A stretch of 63,353 nt of DNA, filler included, from Bipalium vagum (lineage: Eukaryota): assembly GCA_037834085.1 (NCBI GenBank). It is 3 parts of 3 records of this genome, joined end to end, with 100 filler letters (N's around TTAATTAATTAA, not from the genome) between each part and the next. Parts side by side here need not be neighbours in the genome. Positions count along the whole stretch, not along the records: positions 1 to 19,052 come from JBBMKC010012633.1; 2 more parts are not named here. One strand, 5' to 3'. The notes beneath the pieces are model-generated. The model was not told the origin of the DNA. It made no database searches and saw nothing but the letters and a program-made list of their open reading frames with translations. Position 1 is the first letter of the stretch; each line of letters starts with the position of its first letter. This document shows positions 1 to 13,399 of this stretch, in pieces. The translations under genes were made by a program, and so were the position numbers.

Positions 1-350
1 ATAATAAAACAATCTCGCGCTTATGTTTGATAGCAGTTATTACACAGCAGTTGTCCTTTATTAAAGTAATTATGATTTAGAAAAAAATTTCTCTGCTTTA
101 TCACAAGAAAAGAAATATATAAAATTATATTCAATAAAATGTGCATAAACATTATTTTATTTTTTACTATTGAGAACTGGGAGATTTTATAAGTATAATC
201 CTCACTGTGATTGGTCGTTTGCTTGTGAAATGTATATTCGTTTAGAAATTGAATTGGAAATTCAATTTCTTGAAGAAGAAGACTTTCGTTTTTTATAGAA
301 TTAACGATGTACATGATGAAAAAGAATTTCAATCACTCGTTCCAACGACA

Positions 351-1349
351 ATGAATACAAATTGCCCATTCTTTTATGGACTGTTGAGTAACAATACCAT
401 AGGCCTATCAAGTCTACCGGAAGAATGCCGAAAGTACACCCAAGTTCAGGAAATAGTTATCGGATTGGTGCTGGGTATCTTGACCTGTGCTACACTTGTC
501 GGAAATGTTTTGATCATTATAGCCATTACGATTGTGAAGAAACTACAAACTCCCAGCAATCTTTTACTGGTGAATTTGGCCACAAGTGATTTGCTGGTAT
601 CAGGAATTGTTTTACCTTTTGCCATAATTTTCCAATTAAAAGGTCTATGGCCATTTTCCGAATGGTTGTGTGACATATTCATACTCTCCGATGTATTGTT
701 ATGTACATGTTCTATTCTAAGCTTGTGTATCATCTCTATCGACAGATATTTTGCCATTACCAGACCATTGCAGTATGCCTCGAAACGCACAATTGGAAGA
801 ATAACCGTCATGATATTTCTGGTATGGTTACTGGCTGGTTTAATAAGTGTACCTCCGTTTATAGGATGGAAAGAGAAATTTGTCAAAGGGGAATGTAAGT
901 ACAGTGATTCTTTAAGTTATCAAATCTACGCCACATTTGGAGCCTTTTACGTTCCGTTGTTTATCATGCTGTTTCTTTACGGGAAAATTTTAGTGCTGGC
1001 TAAACGACTTTCCAATTTGGACATAAAAAAGCGCAGCCAGAAATCTCCATCATCAAGACGTAATTCTGCTTTCGTTCTTTCTAATCAAAATACAACTGAT
1101 TGTAGAAAAACCTCTTTACAACAGGCAATGGACTGTTCTTTTATCAACCAGGACAATAATAACGTCACCGTTGTAAAGCAAGAGGAAACGATTTTCCATA
1201 AGAGATATACCATCACAAAATTGTACAATCGTACAAGCTTAAATCTATATAAGAAATCAAAACTATCATCCGACGTGAAGGCCATTAAGACTTTGGGTAT
1301 CATTATGGGTTGTTTTACCATTTGTTGGTGCCCTTTTTTTATCATTCAG
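351..1349 (+). CDS. HTR7: Serotonin receptor, 5-HT7-like class A aminergic GPCR, coding exon covering TM1-TM6
   Basis: ORF 249..1361 has GN (TM1), VKKLQTPSNLLLVNLATSD (ICL1/TM2), amine-binding Asp in SDVLLCTCSILSLCIISIDRY (TM3), YQIYATFGAFYVPL (TM5, typical of invertebrate 5-HT7) and KTLGIIMGCFTICWCPFF (TM6). First in-frame ATG is at 351; an acceptor ttttatag ending at 298 could instead splice in an upstream exon. Donor CAG|gttttt at 1350. Subtype assigned from motif recall only. Confidence 0.88.
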
Positions 1350-1396
1350 GTTTTTCAGTAATAATGGGAGAAATGATTAATTGTTCTCTTCTCTAG

Positions 1397-1478
1397 CTCA
1401 CTCTTCCCATAGCAAAAGCTGTAGGCTATGATCCCAGCTTCATACCTCAGACAGTTATTGAGATATTTCTCTGGTTAG
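1397..1478 (+). CDS. HTR7: 5-HT7-like receptor, next coding exon (ECL3 and start of TM7)
   Basis: Follows a 47-nt GT..AG intron (1350-1396) and reads in frame LTLPIAKAVGYDPSFIPQTVIEIFLWLG. The aminergic FLWLG motif is interrupted by donor G|gtaat at 1479. Confidence 0.85.
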
Positions 1479-2559
1479 GTAATACTTCCCTCGTTCAATA
1501 ATAATATGAGGCAGTTAATATCAATATTTTTTCAATAATTATTTAATAAAATTAATTTTCTTTGAAATAAGTGAAAGCTAAAGTAATCTGATTTTATTTT
1601 TTATCAATAAAAAAGTTCAGCTTTATAATTTCACCGCAATTTATTTTTTTATTAATATTAATAATAATAAAATTAATAATATTGTTTAAATTAATTTTAT
1701 TAAAATTAAAATATATTATCAGGGAATTTATAAATATATAAATACGTAAAAATAAAATTATTTTATTTTTTTATCAAAAAAAAAATAAAAATCTTTTTTA
1801 TTTTACTGCTATTTATTGTTTTATTAATATTTTATTAATATAATTAATGATATTTTAAAATTAATTTTATTAAAATATAAATATATTGAATTTTATTTTA
1901 TTTTTTTCATCTTTTAACTAGTGTTTATACCTTTAATGCCTATACCTTTTCATTGTCTGTTATGTGTAATATAGCTGAAGAAAGTCGACATTTGATTATT
2001 TATATTTATCTATTAATTGATGTTCTTCTTGATACTCTCTCCATTTTCTTTCAATATAATAAAATATACAGATATTCCTTTAGTCAACGAAGATATAATA
2101 TAAAATTTCACGTCTTTTCTCTTAAATATAAAAATCCCCATTCAATTCTCGTTGATATAAATATCATTTTTGAGTAATATTCTTCTGAATAACCAAATGA
2201 CTCGAGGCAGTGTTCTAAAAAAATGAAAGGGAATTAATTAAATGTGATTTATATTGATAATGACATTTTTATTTTCGGATATGAATATCACGATTTTTTA
2301 TAACAAAAAAAATCTCTTTTTACAAAAGATCCCATAATTCTATCCCTTTATATCAGTTACATATCTGGCAGACATTATTTATATTTGCAAGCTGTTTATC
2401 GTTTGTGTAACAATGCTCTCGTTTCAAATATGTTAATAAATGTCACAGATAAAATGTTTTCTGTTGAAGATTTGGTTACAAAATATAATATTTGGTAATA
2501 TAATCTGACTCTCATTTACAGTTAGAAAATTTTTTACTATGATTGTCTTATCTAAGCTT

Positions 2560-2760
2560 GTTAGGTGGCACATTTCATTGTTCACTTTATTACAAATATG
2601 ATTGAATTTGGGTTTTTATTTTACACTGTCAATGGAAACCTTCACAAGACGTCAATTGGTATGAGATCGGACAAAGAAGGCAGCTAATTGATTGAATTTG
2701 ACTTTAAATACGATGGACTAGGAAATTCTATATCCAGACAGTACTTTGAATATTTAAATT
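2560..2760 (-). mobile_element. Possible hAT transposase C-terminal dimerisation-domain remnant
   Basis: Minus-strand translation LLCPISYQLTSCEGFH*QCKIKTQIQSYL loosely resembles the hAT motif P.TS..CE..FS....IKT..RS.L; heavily degraded. Confidence 0.3.
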
Positions 2761-3012
2761 TGACGATAACCCTGCTAATCTTATGGATCTTTTCTATCTT
2801 TTTTGTAATTGTTAATTGAATTGTATAATGATGTCTCAATTTCCTTAATATTATAAAATATTTATTTTTCTTTCTTCTGTAGATTTGAACCGTCATTGCA
2901 TTTTTAAATTCAGGAACTTAATTATTGCACATTTAATCTATAAAAAATATTTATAATTATAAACACATTATTATTACTATATAATTTTAATAACATTTAA
3001 ATAAAACGTGTG

Positions 3013-5022
3013 CAGTAGAGGGAGAATTAATCTGGACACAATAATTTTTTTATCATCTTATTGCATTTACAAATACAATCAACATTATTTACAAACAACA
3101 GGCAGATAAATTTTTAATAATTGTCTTGATAATGTCAATAAGAATCATGTTGACCTTTAGAACTCAGTAAAGGTATGATTCTACATTCATTGTACTTTCT
3201 ACTACATACATGTATATGCGCCCAGGACTATACCACGACATGCACAACCGAAAAATTATCTTCAAAGGAAATTTGACTGGTTGTATTACATGCCTGCTAG
3301 TAAGTCGTTTATCTGTTGATTTACTAATGAGACTATTTTTATTACCAAGATTCTCTACAAAGCACGTTTCATCAGAAAGTAAGCTGCGTCAGCTATTTGA
3401 GGACAAAAAAATTGTTCAAATATATCTTGATAATGTTTTTAGTGGCGTCAAAATTGATTTTCAATATTTATTGAAACAACATTAAATAATTATTTTTTAA
3501 TTTAGAAATGGAAGAGATAACTTTTGAATTAAAACAAGAAATGAAAAGGCATGCAGTTATTGTTGCATTGGCCGCCAGACACAGTGACATAGAAATTTCT
3601 TTGTGACTAGATCGTTTTTCAATAAAATTAGAAAGAAATGTTTGGCATCTGATCGAAATGTTTTCTCTATTTCTAAAAGAAAAACACATTCTTCACGTTC
3701 AGGCATTGTCAGAAATGTTAATTTTGTTCAAAAAGTCTAAGAAAGTTCATGAAAGTCGCGGAACATTAATGAGAGAAATTTCCCATCAACTATCGGTTTC
3801 TGAGTCAGCATTAAGACAAACGGTACACAATGATTTAAAATGCAAGTCCTACGTCATGAAAAGAAGACATGTTGTATCAGCAAAAAGCAAAGAAAATCGT
3901 TTAATCCGCTCAAAATGTCTTTTAAACAAAATCAAGCATCCTGATAATCCAAACATGCTATGGTTCTTTTCTGATGAAAAACTTTTTGCTCAAGATCAAA
4001 AATTTAATAAGAGGAACGATCGATGGCTGTGACTCAGTGCTTCTGAAGTCCCTAATGTTATGTACACCAAGTTTTCATTATCTTTAATGATATTAGGTGT
4101 TGTGAGCAACGAAGGTCATCTTATGCCTCTGTATTTCTTTCCACAGGTACTTAGATACATATGTGTGATACATATGGCTATCGCTAAATTTTAAAGACTA
4201 TGCAACTCCAAACCAACACGATTTAAACCCTTTGAACTATTTCGTATGGAACGTCGTAGAGAAGGAGACGAACAAACATCCTCATAATACCAAAGATTCA
4301 TTACGCGCTTCTATAAGTTTTCCTATGATAAATATGACCAAAAAAATTTGATCGCGACTTGTAAGCTTTTCAGAATCCGTCTTGAAGCTGTAATTGACAC
4401 TGAATAAATAAAACTTGTGTACTTAAAAAAAAGTTTCTAATATTGGTTAAAAATATACATTCTTTTCATTAAAAATATTACTTACCTTTAATATTAATTT
4501 TTGTCCTCAAATAGCTATCGCATCGTGTAGTTCCGTCCAATCTATAAATTTTTGTGCCCACTTCTTGCACTGCAAAATGTGATAAAAAACTGTTTATGAA
4601 GGGCTTTGATGCATGGGTGGCTTCTTTAATTAATTCGTCATTCAGACACTTGCTAGAAATGATGGGCAACCCTTGATTATTAGCTAATTGTCCACTGAGG
4701 ATTTGCTTTGCTATCGCGAATTTCTTAACTAATATCTGGTCTGGAAAGCCCTAGTTTTCTTCCGCATTTCCAAATTCCACTAGTTTTTATTGATACAGTT
4801 TGCTTGTAAAGTATCATCAAGTGATTTACTGGCGTTGAATATCCCTCTGTGAAACGCCCGCATCAAAAAAGCTTTCATTTTGCTTGTATCCATTTTCAGA
4901 GATTCTAGATACAATTACTTAAACCAATCAACAAATATAATCAAAATAAATATTAACATACCTAATAAAGTAATAATATAACTAATTTAATTATAGTGTT
5001 CCGATTAGTTCCGCCTCTACCG
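3013..5022 (-). mobile_element. pogo/Tigger-like DNA transposon remnant hosting a nested maT element
   Basis: Imperfect TIRs CAGTAGAGggagAATTAATCtggACAC (3013) and GTGTTCCGATTAGTTCCGCCTCTACCG (ends 5022, followed by TA). Degraded coding-like sequence lies at ~4550-4900 on the minus strand. Confidence 0.5.
3365..4543 (+). mobile_element. maT/DD37D-type (Bmmar1-like) transposon, decayed transposase ~3508-4410
   Basis: Motifs MKRHAVIVALAARHSD, WFFSDEKLFAQDQKFNKRNDRWL, TKF..MILGVVSNEGHLMP.YFFPQ and a degraded PLNYFVWNVVE. Inverted repeat GCTATTTGAGGACAAAAA at ~3392 and ~4498-4515. Contains frameshifts and stops. Confidence 0.8.
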
Positions 5023-8000
5023 TATATTTAATATTTATTTATGTATAAATAATTTTAATTTGTATATATATTTTTAAAAGTATAAATTTTATGATCCTTT
5101 ATCATACTATCATTATTTTAAATACTACAAAAATAATAAAAATTACCTTACATAGGATAATTCTATCTTATCCATAATAATCCAACATGTATTTCAAGAG
5201 AACATTTAAATCAATATTTCATTTTATCTTTGATAAATTTTTTTAAAACTTTTTGAAATTTTTTTAAAATCTGCAAAAAAAATACACAAACGAAATCTCA
5301 ATAAAAATAAATAATTATTTTTCACCTTGTAATAATTTTACATATTTTATATCATCAAGGCGTACTGAGTATTTCATCGATCAGTCTTAAGTGAGCTAAG
5401 TATGTGGTCAAAATATTCTTCTCTTGTTTAACTGAGTACAATTCTTTAATTATACCATTCTTCAAAATCTAAACTCATATTTAAAAACCCGCCATTGAAT
5501 TTAATGATGTCATTTTTTTTTATTTTTTCCAATAAATAATTCGCTTTTTAATCCAATGTAAAGCAAATGATTAAATGATTTCTGAAAAGAATTTCTTAAA
5601 TTTCAGTTTCAAACCTAAATGAAATTTTTTTGTTAAGATCGAAACCCCATGAAACTTTGGAAACCTTTGCGGAGTATTAAGTCTGTAATACTTCGCAAGA
5701 ATGTTATATTTCTCAAAGAAAAGAAGCCTCGAAAACTTCTTTTAACTAAGCGAGCTTAATATAAATAAAGAGGTATTTCGTCAAATTAAAATATTAATTA
5801 ATAATTGATAATAATAAATAATACAATTTATTTTAATTTTAATAATTTATAATATTTTTAATAATATTTTTATTTTTTTAAAAATCAATTAATTTAAAAA
5901 AAATATTTAAAGTAATTTTTGAAAAAATGAAAAAATACTTTTAACTAAGTTTATTTGTTTAGCTTAGAAAGATCTCGGCTATGAGGCCTTGATCAATATA
6001 AAATAGTAAAAATCTGTTATTTTTAATCTAAAATAAAAAAAAATATAAAAAATAATAAATTCAAATCAATAATTTAATTTAATAATAAAATCAAAATTTT
6101 GTTAAAAATTACGAAATTGGAAAATGTAAATATTTTCATGATCTGTCAGTTAAAGTAGTCTTTAAGTTTATATTGTTTAAGACTTGACAAAAAATCTTTT
6201 ATGAAATTTTACACTATTTTAATGAACTTTTAATTAGAAAATGAAAACTCAGACTTATCATTATATATATATGTTCTATTATATATTCGACTATTGTAAT
6301 CGTAAAATAATAATCTTTATTAGAAACCTTTCACCTTACTCACTAATATATTTGAGGCTAATTTTTGTTTATCAAAATAGAAAAAACAAAAAAATAATGA
6401 AAAAAAATAATGACCTGAAAAATGAAAGTTTAAACACACTTCGAAAATGATTTATTCATTTTAACCACAACTTTATTTTATATTTATTATAAAAAATTAT
6501 ATAATGATATAATTTTATTTTACAATGTTTATTATTATTATTGTTATTAATTATTATTATTACTATTTTTATGTAAATCTTAAATTTTAATATATTTTTT
6601 CCACAACGATAATTAATGAAAGCTGAGAAGTCATTTTTCATTAAAACAAAATCGATAAAATCGATAATCATCAAAACAGAGTTTTAACTTTCACCGGAAA
6701 GGAATTCAGTAATCTTTTAAATACATTTTTCAAAAATATAATTCATGAATCGAAGAAAAGGCAACTGACTCTAAAAATCAATTTATACAATACTGAAATA
6801 AAATTCACAATTTAATAAATTTTTCATGAAAATAATAATTGATTCTTTAGTATTTTTATGTGTGGATAAATCATATTTTTAGCTGAAGGTAAACCTCATT
6901 AAGCTCAGTGTTTAACTCAAACCTGATCAGTATAATTTTGCTGTCCCCTTACCCATAGTTCACCCTGGGTCATTATTTGTATTGATTTGATGCTCTTTCG
7001 AAAACAGGCTACGTTTTGTCATATAACGATTCCAGGGCATAAAATTACAATTTATTTAATGTGAGATGTGTATAGCTTTAGTAAGCTGTAGATGGGCTAA
7101 GATTTGATTTTTCATCTGAATGTTTCATTAAATATCATTGAACAACACTCTCCTTCAATAAGAGATGGTATTCTTGCTTTATTTTTCACATTATTGATTT
7201 TTTACATGTAAGGTAAAATTGGCATTTCAATTAATTTTGAGATTATTGTGGAAACTCAAAATTAATACTAATATTATTGTTAAGGTTTAGAAATATTTAA
7301 CAAAATCTGGTCCTGTTTTTGATGCACCAGGTTTGGAAAACTTTTGATGAAAAGATTAATCAACTGTTGAAAGAAAAGCCTGATAAATCACTTGACGACG
7401 GTACAATTAATGTAAAACAGTCCATAAAACAGGGCACACATTTCATTTTAAAACATTCCAGATTGGTTCAGTCATTTAAAGAAGATAGTTCTGACAGACA
7501 AGTGGATTTTGTGAGGAATTTATTTATAATGTGATCCTAAATTTTATTTAAACACATTGAGAAATTGTATTGATATACATGTTTCAAGTTTACAGGACTT
7601 GTTCTTTCAGTGCTTGATCTAACAAAACATATTATTACAGTTTATAAATATAATAATAATACTATAACAGTACTTTTCTTTTAATAAAAACACATTTTGT
7701 CAAGACTTCTAAATAAACACTTTTCCTTTAATTTTACGATCATCATTTATTTTAGTATTATAAAATATAATTAAATATTATAATACGATATAAAATAATC
7801 AGAAAATCAAATCAATTAAATAAAGTTAACATATTTGCGTTTGAGCCATCAATAAAAGCCTGGCGTGTTTTCTGCATGAGAATATCTCTTCTCAAATGAA
7901 ATTGTCCAGACTTTAATTATTGAAGAATCTTTGAAGATTTTTTCGTTGAGGGTTTTATTAACTGACACAAAATTGAGGGGATTTTTTGATGGTACGAATC

Positions 8001-9724
8001 GAAAAAGAATTAAAATAGGACTTATTGAATAATATTATAAAAAATATATTAATTTCACATATTATATACTATTTTGTTTTATCATATTGATTCGCTATTT
8101 TCCTTTAATATCATTTACTGTGTAAATGAGGTCTAGAAACCATATCGATATATAAGCTTATTCGACAGCTTTAAAGGAAATATGAATAATGAGTTAATCC
8201 ATTTAATCTACCCATTTTCTCGCGAGGTCGACTTATTAAAAATATTTTATTTATAAAAATAGTTCCATTATATATTTTAATAAAAATAATATCACTTGTT
8301 TTTAAAGAATTTTCAAATATGAAAAAATATTTTCTGTAAAGTAAACAGTCATTATCATAATTATATTTCCCCAAATTATTATACATGAGGCATTGCATAT
8401 AAGGATAATTTTTTCAAATATTTTTATCTTTTTGTAGAATTGAAATTATTTTTTTAACATTAGTATATTTTCGGAACAGTATTTTCAGAATTTCAGTATT
8501 CAATATATTTCATTCGGGATAATTTATTAAAAACGTCACTCTAATTAGCACTGTAGCCTAGGAATATGAAGTTTAAAATGAAAACTAATACGAGTATAGT
8601 TTACATTGAAAAAAGTCTGTAAGAATCTAAAGTAACATTGTGAAAGATAATATTATATAAATTTTTTATAAAAATATTTTTGCGTTATGTTTAACGAAAT
8701 TGTTAGCGATTGTGAGGATTTAAGCATATTTTAGATTTTTATAAAGTGCCTAATATTATATTTAACATTAAATTAAATTTAATATTTATATTTAAATTTT
8801 TTTAAAAATTTGGTTTAAAAATTTTACATGTGTAGAGTATCCCTCAATATACTCTTTTTTGATAATCATTTGTTTTCATTTTTTGTGATCCGACTTTTAA
8901 AAGTTTTGTATAAATGGTTGCATGGGATTCTAGAAGTAAAGATATTTTAAAATTAAAACAATTATTATTTTTATTGCTTATAAATATTAACAAGAAAAAT
9001 TTGTATAGAAAATAAAAATAGAAAATATGAGTTACTAAAAATAGAAATTAATGTAAATAAAATGTATTTTTAAAAATAGACAATCAATAAAAAAATATTT
9101 ATAAATTGAATGAAATGTAGATAATAATAATAAATTTGTTGAAAATTATTTATAAAAGCAGACAAAAAAGTACTTAAACAAATAAGTTTAAAAAAGAGAA
9201 GAGAACTTTTTCTTTAATCTTTCTAATAGAAAGCATATTCTGCTATATTTTACCATGTTGATGCAATAAATAAATAAAACTAAAGAATATTTTAATCAGT
9301 CATTGACAATCTAATTATATTTCAAACTAATTCCCATAAATACAATATTGGGTTACCCAAAAGTTCATTCGATCTCTGCCAACGCTATATTTCAAAAAAT
9401 TTTTATTTATTTGCGAAAGTAATAAATCTAAAATACATGTAATCTTTTAATTTTAATAAATAAAGGTAAAGTTGTTCAAATGCATCATCTTATTTGAGTT
9501 CATAAAGCTAATTTAGTGTCATTTTGAAATTTTTTTATTATTAGGAAAAATAAATTTATAATATTTAAAATTTTCAACAATAAATATTAAGAGCTATTGA
9601 TTAACTTGTGAAGTAAAATAATGATAACTTATCCAAAAGATTATTGGTTATATAAAACCTCAAAAATAGAATTATTAAATATACTTTATATTAGATTATA
9701 ATATATACTTTTGACCATTCTTTT

Positions 9725-9955
9725 ATTTCATGGCAGACGTTCACAGTTATTTGCTTCAACTTATCAATGGTGAATATGGATTTTCGATAAACGATGTTCT
9801 TTAGATAGTCCTACTTGAAAACTCCAATAGAATAAGATCTGGTTTATTAGGTGTCCAACTAATTAAACCTTCAGCTCCAGTCTATATTTGAGGAAATATT
9901 ATATGAAATTACGTACTGGTATATTTTAACATATAGTTTCACCATCTCTTTTGAA
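9725..9955 (-). mobile_element. Tc1/mariner-superfamily (rosa-like) transposase C-terminal remnant
   Basis: Minus strand gives a degraded DG....VR.F...FP...G..G.ISWTP..PDL..L.F....YLK.IVY pattern. Confidence 0.55.
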
Positions 9956-11379
9956 ATATGACTTCGTCAAAGTTGTCTTTCAAGATTAGGCACAAAAAAA
10001 ACTATAAAAACAAAGACAATTTTTTTAGAACTTATTACTATATAAAATTTTCTAGTAAGTTATATGTTAAGAATCTAACTGGATTTTTAAAATTTGATAC
10101 ATTCAGAAGCAAGAAAAGTTACTTCTTATGACCTAAAATGTGTTTCATGAAGTAGTTGGATATCCTTCCAGCTACTGCAGATATATTAAGAATGCTACTT
10201 TAATACTTTAAGTAGCGATGCTTGCTGAAAGATAATACGTGGTTCAGTAAACATGTCATATTACATTCTTAAAACCCTGTTTCCAATTTTTATTAAATGT
10301 ATAAATAGTTTTTTATGTATCCTATCTTTCCATTTCCATTGTACCAGTGTTACATTTCGAATAATAATTTTTCAGTTTTCAATATTCTGATTTAGTGAAT
10401 AATGTAACTATAATTGCATTACAAGTTTCTCATTAAAGTTTTATTATTTGTAAATAGATACAGTAAATCAATAAATAATGATTAAATTATCATAAGCCGA
10501 TGTCAATATTCAAGACAGATGAATACAATTATGAACACCTTTGCCAAATACTCAACGTTCACAGAAAGTTTGAAGATAAATTTACAAGAAACTTCTATTC
10601 TTAGCACCTTTTATAATTTCCTTATCTGACAGTGTTTCAAAATCATTAATTTTTAAATTTATAATTTGATTCTTTTTCATAATTAAATGTACTTTAATAT
10701 TAATTTAATGTAATATAGTCAGACATTTAATTTTGTTTGAACAAATACTTTTTGAATTTGAATGCGTTTTATTAATGAAAAAGAAAGAAAATCTCACTAA
10801 TATAATTTCAATATTTTGTAAAAAATTTTATATAATTTATTCATTTTTTATTTTGTTTATTATTATCAATTTTAAAGAATCAGTGAACGATGTAAAAATC
10901 CTAAAAATTTTTATTATTTTCTAAAGGCAGACAAAATGAGCTCATGATAAAAATAAAAACTTTTCTTACAAAATTGTTTGAGAAATTTGATCGTTGGATA
11001 ATACACAGATCTATATGACTTCGCTCAAATTACAATTCTTTTTAATTAACGAAGCTCTTCATAAAACCCTTTTTGTCATTTGTGGTCTCATATTCGATTC
11101 TTAATGTTGTGATTTCGACTGTGTTTCAGTAACTAGAATATTGAAAATATACTTTATTTCATTTTTGTATGGAAATTCAATTTTTATTTTAAAGTGAATA
11201 TTAACAACAAAATCATTTTGTTTTACAAGAGTACTTCGTATTTATCATCATTTGATCTATAAAGCTAATTTTATTATTTTGTAAACAAAGCCTTTAAAAT
11301 GATGTATAGATCGTATTAATAATATTATTTTTATAAAATTTTTCCTAACACTAAAGAAAGCACTTGTTTTATGAAGATA

Positions 11380-12043
11380 CTTTGATCATCATGTCCTGAT
11401 TATCTTACCTAGACAGAAGATGACTGGAAGCAGTTCAATTAATGAGTCTTCCTTCCTTTATTTCTCTTCTATCGGCGTCTTTTTGTTTGGAGAAAACGAT
11501 ATAAAATTAACCACCCTGATTTTATCTTGCCTATCAAGCATGGAGGCGAAGGTAAATGGTTTGGGCTACAATATCTTGGTTTTCTCTTAGACCCATGTTT
11601 ACTCTGATAGGTTATGCTTCTACAGAGATATATTTGAACTTCTTATGAAAAAGGCTTTATTTTCAAACAGTAATACGATTTTTCATTATAAAAGTTCTCT
11701 TATCCATACTGTTTGATGTGTTATCGATTTTGAATTACAACATCTTCCTTGGCCTTCAAAATCACCTGATCTGAATTATATAAAATCATTACGATCCATT
11801 GTAGAAAGTGGTTGAGAAAAAGAATATCTTTTTCATCATCTCTTAAAGAAGTATAAACGATATATACAGATTTTATACACGAAAAAGGACGGAATACTCA
11901 ACATTAGGTGGTATAACTCATTAATAAAATGTTTCCAAATGTTTTCAATTATTTTATCCATGAAAATTCTCTATATATTTTATAACTAAAATAATGTTAT
12001 TAATATTATTGTTGAATGTTTCCATTGTTTTGTCCATCAGGTG
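11380..12043 (+). mobile_element. Tc1-like transposon remnant
   Basis: Degraded ESSF.LF....RLFVWRK, KHGG..V.VWA.ISW and LPWPSKSPDLNYI motifs; 3' TIR-like GTTTCCATTGTTTTGTCCATCAGGTG. Confidence 0.7.
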
Positions 12044-12081
12044 AATTTTGGTATTGAATGATGGACCTACATAATAAGATA

Positions 12082-13319
12082 AATCTTTGTCGACCCAAAA
12101 TATTTTTCCTTTCGTTTATATTTTTGTGACATTGCTGTTTAAATAATTGTTATTAACTTATTTTTGTGTTTTAGACTTATTTAAGTTAATTGAATTGAAT
12201 ATGAAGAAGTAGTTGAAGGAATATACTAAAGGGTCGATGATTTGAATGTGTCACAGGATGTAGAATTTTTATCTAAAGCATATTCCGAGGTAACCTATTT
12301 TAATGTAAAGTGATGATATCCTGAATTTCGCGCTGGTGGGGTAATCTCATGGGTTCAAGCAGCCCACCGATCTGTGATGTTCAAGCAGGTGATTTTGAAA
12401 GAGTAATTTGTGATAATCCTTTTATCACTATTGAAAATCTTTCTAATATTGTTAAAATTCCAAAGGAAAGTGTAAGGCGCACAGTTCATCATCTAGATTT
12501 TTTAAAATTTCCCGTTGGGTATCAAAATGGTTGACAGGTGAGCATAAGTTGGCAAGATTAACAGAAGCACATGAAAAATTAGATCTTCTTCAAAGTGGAC
12601 AACTTACCATTCAAAACATCATTACGTTACATAAAAAGCAGTTTGCCATGTACACAAACGAGGCAAACACAACAGCTATGCTTGACGAAAAACAAGAGTC
12701 AAGAATAACAATACCAAACACAATGAATTCAACATCAAAAACCAAAACTGTATCGCAAAATCCACAAATGATGTAAGACACATTTACGGAATTCCTAGGA
12801 AAATTACAGTTAAAACAAAAAATTATTTTGAAATGTGCGGTTTACCAGCTGTTCGTATATTACAGTAACAGCGGAGACGTCGTCCAATCTCAATACTCCA
12901 TGACAATCCAAGGCCTCACGTGGCACAAGTGGTTCGTGATGAGTTTGGTGCATCCACCATATAGTCCTGATTTATCATCATGTGACTACTTTTGTTTTCA
13001 AACTCAGCAAATTAATGGTTGAGAAGCTTTATAATACAGTGGATGATTAGAAGCAGACATTAGATTAGAAGTAGATGTTTGTTAATGCAATACCACAAAA
13101 ATGTTTTATGATATCAACATTCAGTGGCCTGAAAGATTGCGGTTGATTATTGATGCTGAAGGGGACTATTTTGATGAAAATGTTTTGAATTAAGGTGAAT
13201 GTATTTTTATTACAACTAATTATTGTGATAATTATTAGTGATAAGTTTTGTTAAAGTTAAAATCTTCTGTTATTTTTAAATTGTCTTTTTGGACAGGTTT
13301 TTTTGGGTCGACAAAGATA
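12082..13319 (+). mobile_element. mariner-like element, near full length, pseudogenised
   Basis: Perfect 18-bp TIR ATCTTTGTCGACCCAAAA (12083-12100) / TTTTGGGTCGACAAAGAT (13301-13318). Motifs HDNPRPH, HPPYSPDLSSCDYFCF and C-terminal IDAEGDYF. Confidence 0.85.
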
Positions 13320-13399
13320 TTGAAAAGAGATAGATACATAAAAGTTATAGTTATCTAAAATAAGATTGGTTAAAATAAATATTTTATTTACTACTAGAG

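Noticed and set aside
249-350. ORF-track N-terminal extension of the receptor from a TTG start
   Set aside because: Non-ATG starts reflect a bacterial-style ORF caller; the first ATG is at 351 unless an upstream exon splices in at 299.
446-886. Antisense ORFs over the receptor and Nup210 exons (also 1085..1345, 33902..34099, 37505..37804, 39822..40028, 41999..42211)
   Set aside because: Shadow frames of real coding exons with no independent motifs.
1620-1900. Imperfect ~170-bp direct duplication
   Set aside because: Over 90% AT low-complexity sequence; cannot be distinguished from slippage.
7319-7534. 71-aa ORF in a moderately GC-richer patch
   Set aside because: No recognisable motif or splice context; probably an unidentified TE fragment.
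10150-10262. Hairpin AGTAGTTGGA-TATCCT-TCCAGCTACT and nearby CTGAAAGA...GTAAACATGTC hammerhead-like string
   Set aside because: The core has two insertions and stems I and II do not pair; too degenerate to support.
11611-11648. ag|GT TAT GCT (G-Y-A) as the missing receptor TM7 exon
   Set aside because: Reads GYASTEIYLNFL* with no NS/NPxxY and lies within a Tc1 remnant. Candidates at ~7008 and ~14431 also fail.
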